Shown here piece by piece: positions 19,783-29,349 of a DNA stretch of 64,000 nucleotides. Within the stretch, counting starts at the first letter, position 1, and every line of letters begins with the position of its first letter. The position numbers and the translations under genes were made by a program. Location of the stretch: contig CAVRVY010000001.1 of NCBI GenBank assembly GCA_963724765.1, forward strand, positions 480,001-544,000. Direction: 5' to 3'. The DNA is from an uncultured delta proteobacterium. Its GTDB lineage: Bacteria > Desulfobacterota > Binatia > Binatales > Binataceae. Below the pieces are notes generated by a model. The model was not told where the DNA came from, searched no databases, and saw only the letters and a program-made list of their open reading frames with translations.

Positions 19783-20601
19783 ATGGGAGACCAGCCCACG
19801 ATAAAGGAACAGGTCAGGGAAAATTACGCGCGCGCCGCGCGCCGCGTCGTCAACCAGGAAAGTACCTCGTGCTGTGGCACGGCCGCTCCCGCGGGAAATC
19901 CGATCACCTCGAATCTGTACGCGGACGGCGAAACCGCCGCGCTTCCGGCTCAGGCGGTCGCCGCGTCGCTCGGCTGCGGTAATCCGACTGCGCTCGCCGA
20001 GCTTCGGCCGGGCGATACGGTGCTCGACCTCGGCTCCGGCGGCGGCATCGACGTGCTGCTCTCCGCGCGCCGCGTCGGCCCCACCGGCAAAGCCTACGGC
20101 CTCGACATGACCGACGAAATGCTTGCCCTGGCGCGCGAGAACCAGCGCAAGGCGGGGGCGCAAAACGTCGAGTTCCTGAAGGGCGAGATCGAGAACATCC
20201 CGCTGCCCGATAACTCGGTGGACGTGATCATTTCCAACTGTGTGATCAATCTTTCGGGCGACAAGGATCGCGTGCTGGCCGAAGCGTTTCGCGTGCTGCG
20301 CCCCGGGGGCCGCTTCGCGGTCTCGGACGTGGTAGTGCGCGGCGAGGTCCCGGCCGCCATCCGCCGCAGCGTGGAGTTGTGGATCGGATGCGTCGCCGGA
20401 GCGCTGGAAGAATCGGAGTACCGGGCGAAATTGAGCAGCGCCGGATTTGAGCAGGTCAAGGTCGAGCCGACGCGCATCTATCGAGCGTCCGACGCCATGG
20501 AGTTTTTCAGCCGAGCTGACCTCGACGTCGAAACAATCGCGCCTCTCGTCGACGGCAAATTCATGAGCGCCTTCGTGCGCGCTCGCAAACCAATCTCGTA
20601 G
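19783..20601 (+). CDS. arsM: Arsenite S-adenosylmethionine methyltransferase
   Basis: N-terminal [36 protein letters not shown]; GGGAGG RBS. Confidence 0.93.
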   Translation: MGDQPTIKEQVRENYARAARRVVNQESTSCCGTAAPAGNPITSNLYADGETAALPAQAVAASLGCGNPTALAELRPGDTVLDLGSGGGIDVLLSARRVGPTGKAYGLDMTDEMLALARENQRKAGAQNVEFLKGEIENIPLPDNSVDVIISNCVINLSGDKDRVLAEAFRVLRPGGRFAVSDVVVRGEVPAAIRRSVELWIGCVAGALEESEYRAKLSSAGFEQVKVEPTRIYRASDAMEFFSRADLDVETIAPLVDGKFMSAFVRARKPIS

Positions 20602-20742
20602 GGCTGCTCCATGGCAACGTCCGAAATATCGAGACGGTCTACTGCTGCCGCATGCCGCGTCGGGGAAATTTTCTTTGGCGACCCTGCATCGCGGCGAAGT
20701 GAGCAAACTCATGCAGAACAATCACGAATCTGAGCTGTTGGT
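20386..20742 (+). repeat. Copy 1 of a 357-bp direct repeat (arsM 3' end, intergenic region, sulfurtransferase start)
   Basis: Aligns without gaps to 22437-22793 (offset 2051); about 26 mismatches by hand count. Confidence 0.9.
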
Positions 20743-21544
20743 GACGACGGACTGGTTGGCGGCGCATCTTGACGATCTCGACATCCGTGTCGTTGATACG
20801 CGCAAGGGAGATGGCTACGCGATAGCGCACATGCCTGGCGCGGTCCGCTATCCGGCGCCCATAACCCCATTTCTCAAGGAAAACGGTCGCGTGCCGAGCG
20901 CCGAAAAGTTCGCCGGGATCATGTCAGAGATAGGAGTCGGCGACGAGAATCTCGTTGTCGCGTACGACGATGGAAACAACCTTTTCGCGGCGCGTCTCTG
21001 GTGGGCGCTAAATTATTATGGACATCGCAGAGTGAAGCTGGTGGATGGAGGGTGGGATCTCTGGTTATCAGAAGGTCGCCCCGTCACGGATGCGCCAGAA
21101 AGCGCGAGTCCCGCTCGCTTCACTCCGAAGATCGACGACCACTGTATTGCCGAAGGGGAAACGGTCACAGCGGCGATCGGAAATCCAGCTTGCGGTATTC
21201 TCGACGTTAGATCGGACAAGGAGTGGACCGGCGCCGATCCGATGGGCACGAAGCGCGGCGGACACATTCCAGGCGCGCTTCACTTGGAGTGGCGCGAGAC
21301 GATCGATCAGGCGAGCAAGCGCTTCAAACCCGCGCCGGTGTTGCGACAGATGTTCGCGAAGGCAGGGCTCTCGCCGGAAAAGGAAGTTATCACGTACTGC
21401 CAGGGCGGCATCCGGGCGGCTCACACCGCATTCGCCCTGCGGTTGGCCGGCTACGACCACGTCCGAAACTACGAGCGTTCCTGGGCCGAATGGGGCAACC
21501 GCGAGGACCTTCCGATAGAGCGCCCGCAAGGAGCCGCGAAGTGA
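20711..21544 (+). CDS. Two-domain rhodanese / mercaptopyruvate-type sulfurtransferase
   Basis: LVTTDWL, H(M/I)PGA twice, AARLWW, DGG, active loop [13 protein letters not shown]. Confidence 0.9.
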   Translation: MQNNHESELLVTTDWLAAHLDDLDIRVVDTRKGDGYAIAHMPGAVRYPAPITPFLKENGRVPSAEKFAGIMSEIGVGDENLVVAYDDGNNLFAARLWWALNYYGHRRVKLVDGGWDLWLSEGRPVTDAPESASPARFTPKIDDHCIAEGETVTAAIGNPACGILDVRSDKEWTGADPMGTKRGGHIPGALHLEWRETIDQASKRFKPAPVLRQMFAKAGLSPEKEVITYCQGGIRAAHTAFALRLAGYDHVRNYERSWAEWGNREDLPIERPQGAAK

Positions 21545-22389
21545 GGGGGCTGCTCTTCCTGTGCGTCCAGAACTCCGCCCGGAGCCAGATGGCGGAAGGG
21601 CTAGCGCGCAGGATTTTCGAAGATGCCGTGCGCGTACAAAGCGCCGGCTCGCGACCGGCCGGAGTCGATTCGCTCGCGGTCGCTGCGATGGCGGAGATTG
21701 GGATCGACATTTCCGCTCAGACATCAAAATCGGTCGAGAGCATCGATCCGCATAGCGTCGATACGGTGATCACGCTTTGCGCCGGGGAAGTATGTCCGGC
21801 CTTCTTAGGCAATGCTCGGCGGCTGCATTAGTCGATTGGGGACCCGGCTGCAGCAGGTCCCTCGCTTAGCGATGGCGGTCGGCTCCCAAAGTTTAGGGTC
21901 GCTCGGGATCAGATCAAAGCACGGCTTGAGGTGCTGGCTGCGTTGCGTGATGTTCCACTTGGTCCGGCCGCCGTGGAATTTCATTCCAGTATCCGAGTGC
22001 ACGATCTGGCCCGCAGCGCGCGGTTCTATTCCTGGTTGCTGGGGACTCAGCCGCGCGAATGGACCCATCGCTACGTGACCTTCATCTGCCCCGAACTCAG
22101 ACTTAACTTTGTACTGTTGGTATCGGACGGGAAGGAGCTCCATCACGACACGCTGTACCATTTCGGCATCGCGCTGTCGGACAGGCGTGCCGTAATCGCG
22201 GCCTATCACCGCGCACGCGAGGTAGGATTGCACATCGAAAAACCGGCTCGCACTACGTGGACTGGGACCCCGCTGCATGAGCTCTGGCTCGAAGATCCTG
22301 ATGGCAACCTGATCGAACTCTACGCCCGTCTGACCGAAGAAGAGATCGCTGAACGCCCGGCCGACGCACAACCTGTGTGGCTGGCATGA
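21541..22389 (+). CDS. ArsC arsenate reductase fused in frame to a VOC (ArsI/CadI-like) domain; one in-frame TAG at 21829-21831
   Basis: [19 protein letters not shown]...VCP, RLH*SIGDP (Trp expected), F...RDQIKAR; then H..IRV.DL..S..FY, YHFG and [12 protein letters not shown], all in one frame. Confidence 0.8.
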
Positions 22390-22436
22390 TCCAGGGACGA
22401 TTCGTTGACAACTGAGATTGAGCAAATGGAAAGGTT

Positions 22437-22793
22437 GGATGTGTCGCCGGAGCGCTGGAAGAGTCGGAGTACCGCGCGAAATTGATCAGCGCCGGATTTG
22501 AACAGGTCGACCTGGAGCCGCCGCGCATCTATCGCCCGGCCGACGCCAGAGGGTTTTTCACCCGTGCGAACCTCGACGTCGAAAAAATCGCGCCTCTGCT
22601 CGACGGCAAATTCATGAGCGCCTTCGTGCGCGCTCGCAAACCAATCTCGTAGGGCTGCTCCATCGCAACGTCCGAAATATCGAGACGGTCTACTGCTGCC
22701 GCATGCCGCGTCGGGGAAATTCTCTTTGGCGACCCTACATCGCGGCGAAGTGAGCAAACTCATGCAGAACAATCACGAATCTGAGCTGTTGGT
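22437..22793 (+). repeat. Copy 2 of the 357-bp repeat; remnant of a second arsM-sulfurtransferase junction
   Basis: Diverged copy of 20386-20742, truncated at both ends. Confidence 0.9.
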
Positions 22794-22794
22794 T

Positions 22795-22913
22795 GTCTCA
22801 CTCGACAAGGACTACCGAGACTTGCCCCGATCCAAGCACCCAGGATCGGAAGAGTCGTCGAAATCGCGAAGGTCGCTGGCCTGCATCACCGCTACAAACG
22901 GCTCGCTGTCTGA
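22795..22913 (+). mobile_element. C-terminal remnant of an IS-like integrase-core transposase
   Basis: Frameshifted SLDKD...PIQAPRIGRVVEIAKVAGLHHRYKRLAV* resembles the ...GGLHHRY.R.A terminus of this family. Confidence 0.6.
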
Positions 22914-22985
22914 CTTGTACTAGCTCCGCTAACCAACGGCGGCTTGCAGCCCATACGCCGGTACACACAAAAACGGTCCAGCGCC

Positions 22986-23768
22986 TTAGAAGGTCCATCC
23001 GACAATCGACTTGAGAAACACCCCGTTACTCGCGCGCGTCACCCCGAGTCCGACGCCGAGATTCAGTTCAAGTTGCGGAATGAAATAGAAATTCAGAGTC
23101 GGCACGATGAAATGCTGCTGCTCCTGCGGCTTTTCCAGCGGCTGAATAGGTCCCATGTCGCCGTAGTACTCGAGCGCCGGCGAAACCCAGCGGTTCAGGT
23201 CATACAGGATCTCGCCTGACGGATCGAATTGAAACCCGTGATGCGTCTGCGGGCCGCTGAACGGCTTTATCAACGGAAAGTCCGCGACCACGCGAAATGG
23301 CTTGTAGGTCGCACCGACGATCGGCCGCAGCTCAAGCGTCAGAGGATTTTCCTCAGCCGCGCGGCGCATGTAGTCGAGCTCGATATTGCCGCCGAACTGC
23401 ACTGGCCACTCGAAGGTCTGCGGGATACCGAAATGAACCTTCGTGCGCGAACCCGAGTATTCGTAATCTCCGTTCGAGAGCTTCGCTGTGGCGAAATACT
23501 GGCCGACCTCGAGCCAGCGCAGGACGCCATATGTGGCCTCGAGCGTCTCGTGTATCTGATGCACGTCCATCTGGCTTTTCGCCAACTGTCCGGTCGCGGT
23601 CGAGGTCGTGTTGGAATGGAGTTCGAGCGTCAGATGACCGACCGGCGCGGTATCGGTGTCGTAAATCTGGATTTCATAGAAGTCGATCGCCTGCAATGGA
23701 CGCGCGGCCGCCAGCATCGCGACGATGCACATCGAGAACGTGAAAACATGGCGGAAAAAATTCGTCAT
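22986..23768 (-). CDS. Putative outer-membrane beta-barrel protein
   Basis: Signal peptide, DFYEIQIY, alternating hydrophobic strands, C-terminal aromatic GWTF. Confidence 0.7.
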   Translation of the reverse strand: MTNFFRHVFTFSMCIVAMLAAARPLQAIDFYEIQIYDTDTAPVGHLTLELHSNTTSTATGQLAKSQMDVHQIHETLEATYGVLRWLEVGQYFATAKLSNGDYEYSGSRTKVHFGIPQTFEWPVQFGGNIELDYMRRAAEENPLTLELRPIVGATYKPFRVVADFPLIKPFSGPQTHHGFQFDPSGEILYDLNRWVSPALEYYGDMGPIQPLEKPQEQQHFIVPTLNFYFIPQLELNLGVGLGVTRASNGVFLKSIVGWTF

Positions 23769-23959
23769 GGGCTCTTGCAGCAGGTTCTTACGCGATTCCT
23801 TGAGTCCGGCGGTCGACGGCTCCACGGGGCGATCGCAGATCAGTGTCCATATCGGCGCTAACCTTGGCAATTGCCGAGACGAACCGATCGGGCAGCGGGC
23901 TCGCGGTCGGCACAGGAGCGTTCGTCGCGAGCTGATTGTCTGCGGTAACGGTCACAGAC

Positions 23960-24042
23960 TGCAACTCGACGATAGGGCGGAGAGCCTCCCAGCTCAAGTC
24001 GCCAGGATTCAACGCGCGACCAGAGAGAACAACTATCTTCAT
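23960..24042 (-). pseudogene. N-terminal fragment of a glycerate/D-2-hydroxyacid dehydrogenase
   Basis: MKIVVLSGRALNPGDLSWEAL matches the MKIVVLDG..LNPGDLSW start of this family; homology then stops. Confidence 0.6.
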
Positions 24043-24215
24043 GAGAGCCACCTGGATCTCGATCTCGGGCCGCTACCCACGAGTGGTGACGCGTCTAGGG
24101 ACCGGGTTCGTGGTGAGTACGATAACGGCCTCCGCTTTATCGGACAGCGCACCGTTCTAAGACGGCCTCGACACTTGCAAACTGGCATAAAATTTCCCAG
24201 CCAGATCAATCTGGC

Positions 24216-24346
24216 TGTCCGAAATTTCAAACGGCAGCGTTGAAATTCTTGGACAGACTGGAATGTCACTGAATCCCGAAGAGGCAGAAATTGGCCGAAG
24301 TCCGGTGCCATCTAATCTATCAGCGGTCGATGGCAAAGCGTTTGCT
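24216..24346 (+). promoter_or_regulatory. Enhancer (two YGT-N12-ACR sites, 22-bp period, 24216-24255) plus sigma54 promoter TGGCAAAGCGTTTGCT (24331-24346), copy A
   Basis: GG-N10-GC spacing; element repeated at 26146 and, inverted, at 32927-33055. Confidence 0.8.
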
Positions 24347-24426
24347 ATGTCCGGTCGTCTTCAAAAATAAGTGCGCCATCGGCATCAATCCCGAATCAAA
24401 CGAAGGCCGCCAAGAAACCCTCGCGC

Positions 24427-25832
24427 ATGAGTAAAAGTGCTCTCACCCTTGGTCACCTTAACATCCGGCTCGTATTGGGGCTGGCGCTGTTCCTACGCGC
24501 ACTACTCCCGATATCAGGCTATCTGTACACACGTGACGCTACCATCTTCTACACGCCTGACACCGCCACTTATATTGTTCCGGCCCGCGAGTTAGTCACC
24601 CATCACCGCTTTTTCTCCGATGGGGCACCGGAAGTCATTCGAACCCCGGGCTATCCTTTGCTGCTTACGGCTGGCCTGCTGTTGGATCGCTTGGAACTCG
24701 TTACAGTCACGCTCCAACTTTTACTTAGTTGCTTCACGTATTCATGGTATATCGGACAGCCTGTCTGTTCTTCGAGCGCGATGACATAGCTATCATTGCC
24801 GCGGTGCTGTATGCGATAGATCCGCTTTCCATATTGTTCGCAAGCCTACTCGCCCCTGAAACTCTTTTTACCGCAATAGTCATGGTCGCAGTCTACTACC
24901 TTGTGAAGTACCTGAGGCGGCAATCACCGGGGGACCTGCTTGCTTCGGCCGGCGCTCTGGCCGCCTCAGTTTATGTCCGACCGATCGGCTACTTTTTGCC
25001 ACTGATAATCGCTGCCGGGCTGGCAACATGGACGTTGATCACTTATGGGCAAAACAAGCTCGGCCTCCTAGCTCCCAGCTGTGCTTTCGTTATTGTTTCC
25101 CTGGGGCTCACCGGTCTCTGGCAGGTTCGGAACAAGGTCGAGTCAGGGTACTCTGGCTTCTCAGCCATCGCTAGCGACAATATGTACTTCATCGGAGCCG
25201 CATCGGTCCTGGCCGCCCAACAGCATGTGCCGTATTACGGGATGAGGGACCGGCTAGGCTATCAGAACCCGCGCGTTTATTTCCATGACCATCCTGAACA
25301 GAAGACCTGGTCTGTAGCGCGGAGAAGCAATTATATGAATCGGGCCGCCGAGCACATTTTGCTGGACAGCTCCTTGACTTATACTTGGATTTATCTCGAT
25401 GGCCTCCTTCGAGGCACCTTCGATCCCGCTTCTACCGAATTTCTCAGATTCTTCGACCTCTATCCTAAGGAGGGCGGTCTTCTGACAGTTGAGGTCGACA
25501 AAGGCATAGTCCCAACTATCGAAGCGCTTTACGCTAATCCACTCCTGTTTTGGAGCACGGCCATAATGCTCCCGCTGCTGCTGATATACCTGTCGTGTGC
25601 GTGCGTAACACTCTGCAGCCGGCTGATACTGAACCCTGCCATTCTCGCCGTTTCTTTAATAATGGGCTACTATATGGCTATTGCGGGTGGCCCCGGCGAC
25701 TGGGCCCGATTCCGTCATCCGGCAATGCCTATTATCTGCATGCTGGCTGGGTATGGTTCACGTGTGGCGCGGAGCCGCTGGGAACCCCCGTTTGCCGCCT
25801 GGTGTCGCATGTGTTTTCAGCAATCTCATTAG
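24427..25832 (+). pseudogene. ArnT/PMT-like (GT-C) membrane glycosyltransferase split by a 1-nt deletion near 24738
   Basis: PD...Y, RTPGYPL, E.LF, YVRP, RFR.P; adding one G restores CFTVFMVYRT. Confidence 0.75.
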
Positions 25833-26145
25833 ACAAGCTTTCAGAGTATCGAATGCGTCGTGGAGGTGGGGCCGTTCGCCGAGCGGCCGCATCGCCAGAG
25901 CGACGGGACGTGGCTCTGACTGTCCGACCATATCGGGGTGATCGCCACGCTCAGGCTGTAGGCGGCGAGCGATGCAGTAAACAGGTCGACGGCAGTCAGA
26001 GAACTGCCGGTCGTTGCGCTGGATCGGCACGACGTATGGGGCTGGTCGCAAATCCACCATTTCGCCTACAGTGCCCGTCGAGGCAGCCGGGTTTGACATC
26101 ACGAACTGATGAGCAACCGATCGTACTTCAACGGTTATCTATGGC

Positions 26146-26271
26146 TGTCCGAAATTTCGAACGGCAGCGTTGAAATTCTCGGACAGACTGGAATGTCGGT
26201 GAATCTCAAGAGCGGAAAAATGGCCGAAGTGCCAGTGCCATTCACCGACGGTCGATGGCAGGGCGTTTGCT
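26146..26271 (+). promoter_or_regulatory. Enhancer (26146-26185) plus sigma54 promoter TGGCAGGGCGTTTGCT (26256-26271), copy B
   Basis: Direct repeat of copy A; GG-N10-GC. Confidence 0.8.
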
Positions 26272-26657
26272 TTTCACGGTCTCCGATCGTCTTCGAATAT
26301 GTGCGCCACATGACCGTGAATCCCGAGGTCGTTTCCTCTCCTTTGGGCATTTTCTTTCGACGATCTTACGAGTTGCTGGCCGTACTGTGCAGTCAGCCGT
26401 TCTGGCGCTATAGTCTGCCGGGACCGGCGACAGTGATTGAAAAGCTGAAACAGAAGATGGCTGGTTTTGAGACTTATCGGCGGGTAAGGGCCACATTAAG
26501 GGTTTGGGCGTGCGGCTGCCATCCGCCGTCGCCGAAGCATCGTTTCCGGTCGCCAAGTGGATAGTTGTGAGCATCGGCGTGTCGGACGCGTCACGATGAC
26601 ACTTGTTCGCGGATGGAAAGCGCGAATGCTGGTGGATTTAGTTCAAGGAGAGATCGA

Positions 26658-26673
26658 AGGCACGGGGCTTGCT
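26658..26673 (+). promoter_or_regulatory. Candidate sigma54 promoter AGGCACGGGGCTTGCT
   Basis: GGCACG-N4-TTGC match about 120 nt upstream of the PPOX gene. Confidence 0.5.
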
Positions 26674-26794
26674 CAGTATCGATTAGGCTCGGCACGACCG
26701 TTCACGAAACATTTCCAGGACCAATATGCTCGAACCTCACACCAACGTAGAGCGCACAGTACTTCGGAAATAACCCAACAGCGGCGAGGGAATA

Positions 26795-27358
26795 ATGAGG
26801 TTGCTCGTCCGAAAGTCGGCGGTCTCACTGCTAATGGTCTTAGCATTGGAAGTTCTTCTGATGAGCAGTGGAGCGCTTAGTCAAGCTTTCCATCGCGATG
26901 CTGACGCGCTTTCACAAGCGAGTGTCATCTATATTGCTACGGTCCGCAAAGACGGCAATCAGAGTAAGGCGGCTCCGGTCTGGTTCACAACGGCATCAGA
27001 CGGCTTAGTCCTAATTCAAACGGCTACAACTACATGGAAGGCAAAACGGATTCGGCGTGGCAGCCCTGTTATTGTGTGGATAGGTAAGCGGGGCGGTCCC
27101 GCATTTATCGGCAAGGCAAAGATCACGAGCGATCCAGCGGTCAATAATCAGATAGTCAATGACTACCCGCAAAAATACCTTCTTGCGCGGCTTGGCTTCC
27201 ACAAGCCGACCCAGGAAATGTTCACCGAGGGACGCATTGTCGCGATAAAGATTACTCCGGTACGTGACTTGCCGGAAGGGTTTGCTTCTGCACCGGGGAC
27301 TCCGGCTCCTGAAGTAAGCGACGCGCGTGGTAATCGGACGAGCTCTTCCGCACGCTGA
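26795..27358 (+). CDS. Pyridoxamine 5'-phosphate oxidase-like (split-barrel) protein with signal peptide
   Basis: IAT.RKDG...APVWF, KAKRIRR...V; N-terminal hydrophobic segment. Confidence 0.75.
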   Translation: MRLLVRKSAVSLLMVLALEVLLMSSGALSQAFHRDADALSQASVIYIATVRKDGNQSKAAPVWFTTASDGLVLIQTATTTWKAKRIRRGSPVIVWIGKRGGPAFIGKAKITSDPAVNNQIVNDYPQKYLLARLGFHKPTQEMFTEGRIVAIKITPVRDLPEGFASAPGTPAPEVSDARGNRTSSSAR

Positions 27359-27398
27359 TGATGCGGTTCAGGCCTTCTCGCCGAGCAAGCTCTGCCGC

Positions 27399-27947
27399 GT
27401 GTCGGCGCAGGCTGCGAACCTGCTGAGCGCGCTTCGTTTCGTGCTTGCGGCGGTCTGGATAGCCGCATTCATGGCCGGCGACCGCGGCTTGGGAATTCTG
27501 GGTCCGATAGCTATAGTTGGCGCGCTCTCGGATTTCCTCGATGGCCGCGTCGCGCGACGGATGCGTCGCGCCGACGGATTTGGGCGGTGGCTCGACGGGT
27601 TCGCCGATATCACCTTTGTGGCTACAGCGCTCTCATGTGAGGCGGCAGCAGGGGCAATTCCGTTCTATGTACCAACCCTCGTCGTCGTTTCATTTGGTCA
27701 ATACACGATTGACTCCATAATGATTAGTCGCTCTTTGACGCCCGTCAAGAGCCGATTCGGACATTGGGGCGGCGTGCTCAACTTCAGCCTCGTAATTGTC
27801 CTGGCATTTGCGCCACCCCCGCAGTGGCCCGGTGTTCTGATCCGCGAAGCCTCTCCGCTTCTTGCCATCTTCTATCTGGCAGCAATCGCCGAGCGGGTAC
27901 TGAGTTACTGGCGGTTGTCTCCGATTAGCCCTGTTCAGGCCGGGTAA
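27399..27947 (+). CDS. CDP-alcohol phosphatidyltransferase
   Basis: AN.LS.LR and D.LDG.VAR.......G..LD..AD signature; start codon uncertain. Confidence 0.85.
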   Translation: MSAQAANLLSALRFVLAAVWIAAFMAGDRGLGILGPIAIVGALSDFLDGRVARRMRRADGFGRWLDGFADITFVATALSCEAAAGAIPFYVPTLVVVSFGQYTIDSIMISRSLTPVKSRFGHWGGVLNFSLVIVLAFAPPPQWPGVLIREASPLLAIFYLAAIAERVLSYWRLSPISPVQAG

Positions 27948-28056
27948 TGCAGCCTGCCTCAGGAGCAAAGGGTGTACTCCATTGATATGTTGATGTTCCG
28001 TGGAACACTCACTCGAATCCTTTGACTGCAGAAGAGCGCTCGGTCATGAAGATGCA

Positions 28057-29034
28057 CTAGGCGGATGGCATTTGCTGAATTGCGGTCAATTCGCGGGCCG
28101 CGCGTGCTAAGAAAAGCAGTCCAATCAATCCGTTACAGAACATAAAAGTGAAGTGTGCAGCGAGACTGTACGCCAGAATCCTCGCCTCCGGGGCACTCCC
28201 CGAAAAGAAGAGAATCCAGGCCGCCTGACTGGTACCCAGATGTGCCGCTGCGATGGGCAGCGCCGCTGCAAGAAATACGAGCGGGAGAAACAGCACCAAC
28301 TTCATGAGTGGAATGGTGATTCCGTATAATGCAAGAGCGAAGTGCTGTGTTAAAAGCGACGCAAGGAAACCGGGAGCCTTTATGCCAAGGACAACGGCGT
28401 AGTCCCATGGTCGGGCGGCTAGAAACGTGCCGGCCACAGCACCAAGCTTGCTGTCCTCAATCCATGCTCGCACCCGATTGTTCCGCCTTGCAAGCGCAAA
28501 AACACCGATGATGCTAGCGAGCGTCAACCAGGCGACAACATACGCAATTCGCAGGAAATGGACTATTTCCAGTTGTCGCGGTGAGTTAGGATGATAGAAC
28601 ACTACGCCTAGCGTCGAGAACAGGAAAAGCTGATAGATCTCCATCAGCCCGATAAGCAGAATTGAGCTGAGTATTTGGAGGAATGGAACTCCGGCCTTGC
28701 GATGCAAATACCAGGTAACGCCGCCCTGCCCGAGGTTGGTGTTGATCATTGAGAGCAGGTACATGCTGGCGCGGATCGGCATGATATCGCGAAGTCGCAT
28801 CGGGCTATTGAAGCGGCGAACGACCCACGTCAGGCAGAGAGAATCGATAATCCAATAGAAGGCACAAAACGGGAGAAAGACAACGAAGAACTTCAGCACC
28901 GGCGCCTGGGCGAGCGCCGCCGCGACATCGGCGACGGGTATGAGCCAGAAGATGAATGCAAAAATAAGTAGCGTCCCGATGTATGGAAGAGCCCTTCTCC
29001 CCAGACGTGACACAGGTGACGCAACAAACGCCAT
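28057..29034 (-). CDS. Lysylphosphatidylglycerol-synthase-TM (flippase-like, UPF0104) membrane protein
   Basis: About 8 TM helices; N.N.GQGG and LP....LG motifs. Confidence 0.65.
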   Translation of the reverse strand: MAFVASPVSRLGRRALPYIGTLLIFAFIFWLIPVADVAAALAQAPVLKFFVVFLPFCAFYWIIDSLCLTWVVRRFNSPMRLRDIMPIRASMYLLSMINTNLGQGGVTWYLHRKAGVPFLQILSSILLIGLMEIYQLFLFSTLGVVFYHPNSPRQLEIVHFLRIAYVVAWLTLASIIGVFALARRNNRVRAWIEDSKLGAVAGTFLAARPWDYAVVLGIKAPGFLASLLTQHFALALYGITIPLMKLVLFLPLVFLAAALPIAAAHLGTSQAAWILFFSGSAPEARILAYSLAAHFTFMFCNGLIGLLFLARAARELTAIQQMPSA

Positions 29035-29349
29035 ACTATTGGACCTCAGACGGGGCTAATAATGCGCTGGATCATTATCTGACATGAGCATGGCTGCAAT
29101 GCGATTCAAGTCGCCACTCAACGCCTTGGCGAGGTGCTTGGGTTCGCAGTGAAACACGGCGACGCGCTGACGGCGGATCCGCAAATTCGGGAGGTGCTGG
29201 GCACTTCCTGGTTCGACTGCCACTCGACCCAGCAGCTCAACTGTCCCGCCCGCCCTCACTTCCAAGGTTTACTCAATTGAGCGGGAGTCTCGCGCCGCAC
29301 CCGTTACGAAGCTGCTTCCTCTCTGTGCCTGTGCTCTTGGAGTCACGAT

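Noticed and set aside
21829-21831. Pyrrolysine or genome-wide TAG recoding
   Set aside because: TAG is the normal stop for arsM and other genes here, no pyl genes are present, and the expected residue is Trp, one substitution away.
26109-26564. 151-aa ORF over enhancer copy B
   Set aside because: The sequence is a copy of a non-coding regulatory element; the other copies do not keep this frame.
29056-29265. 69-aa ORF between YceI and the flippase-like gene
   Set aside because: TTG start, no RBS and no recognisable motif; possibly a remnant, but unsupported.
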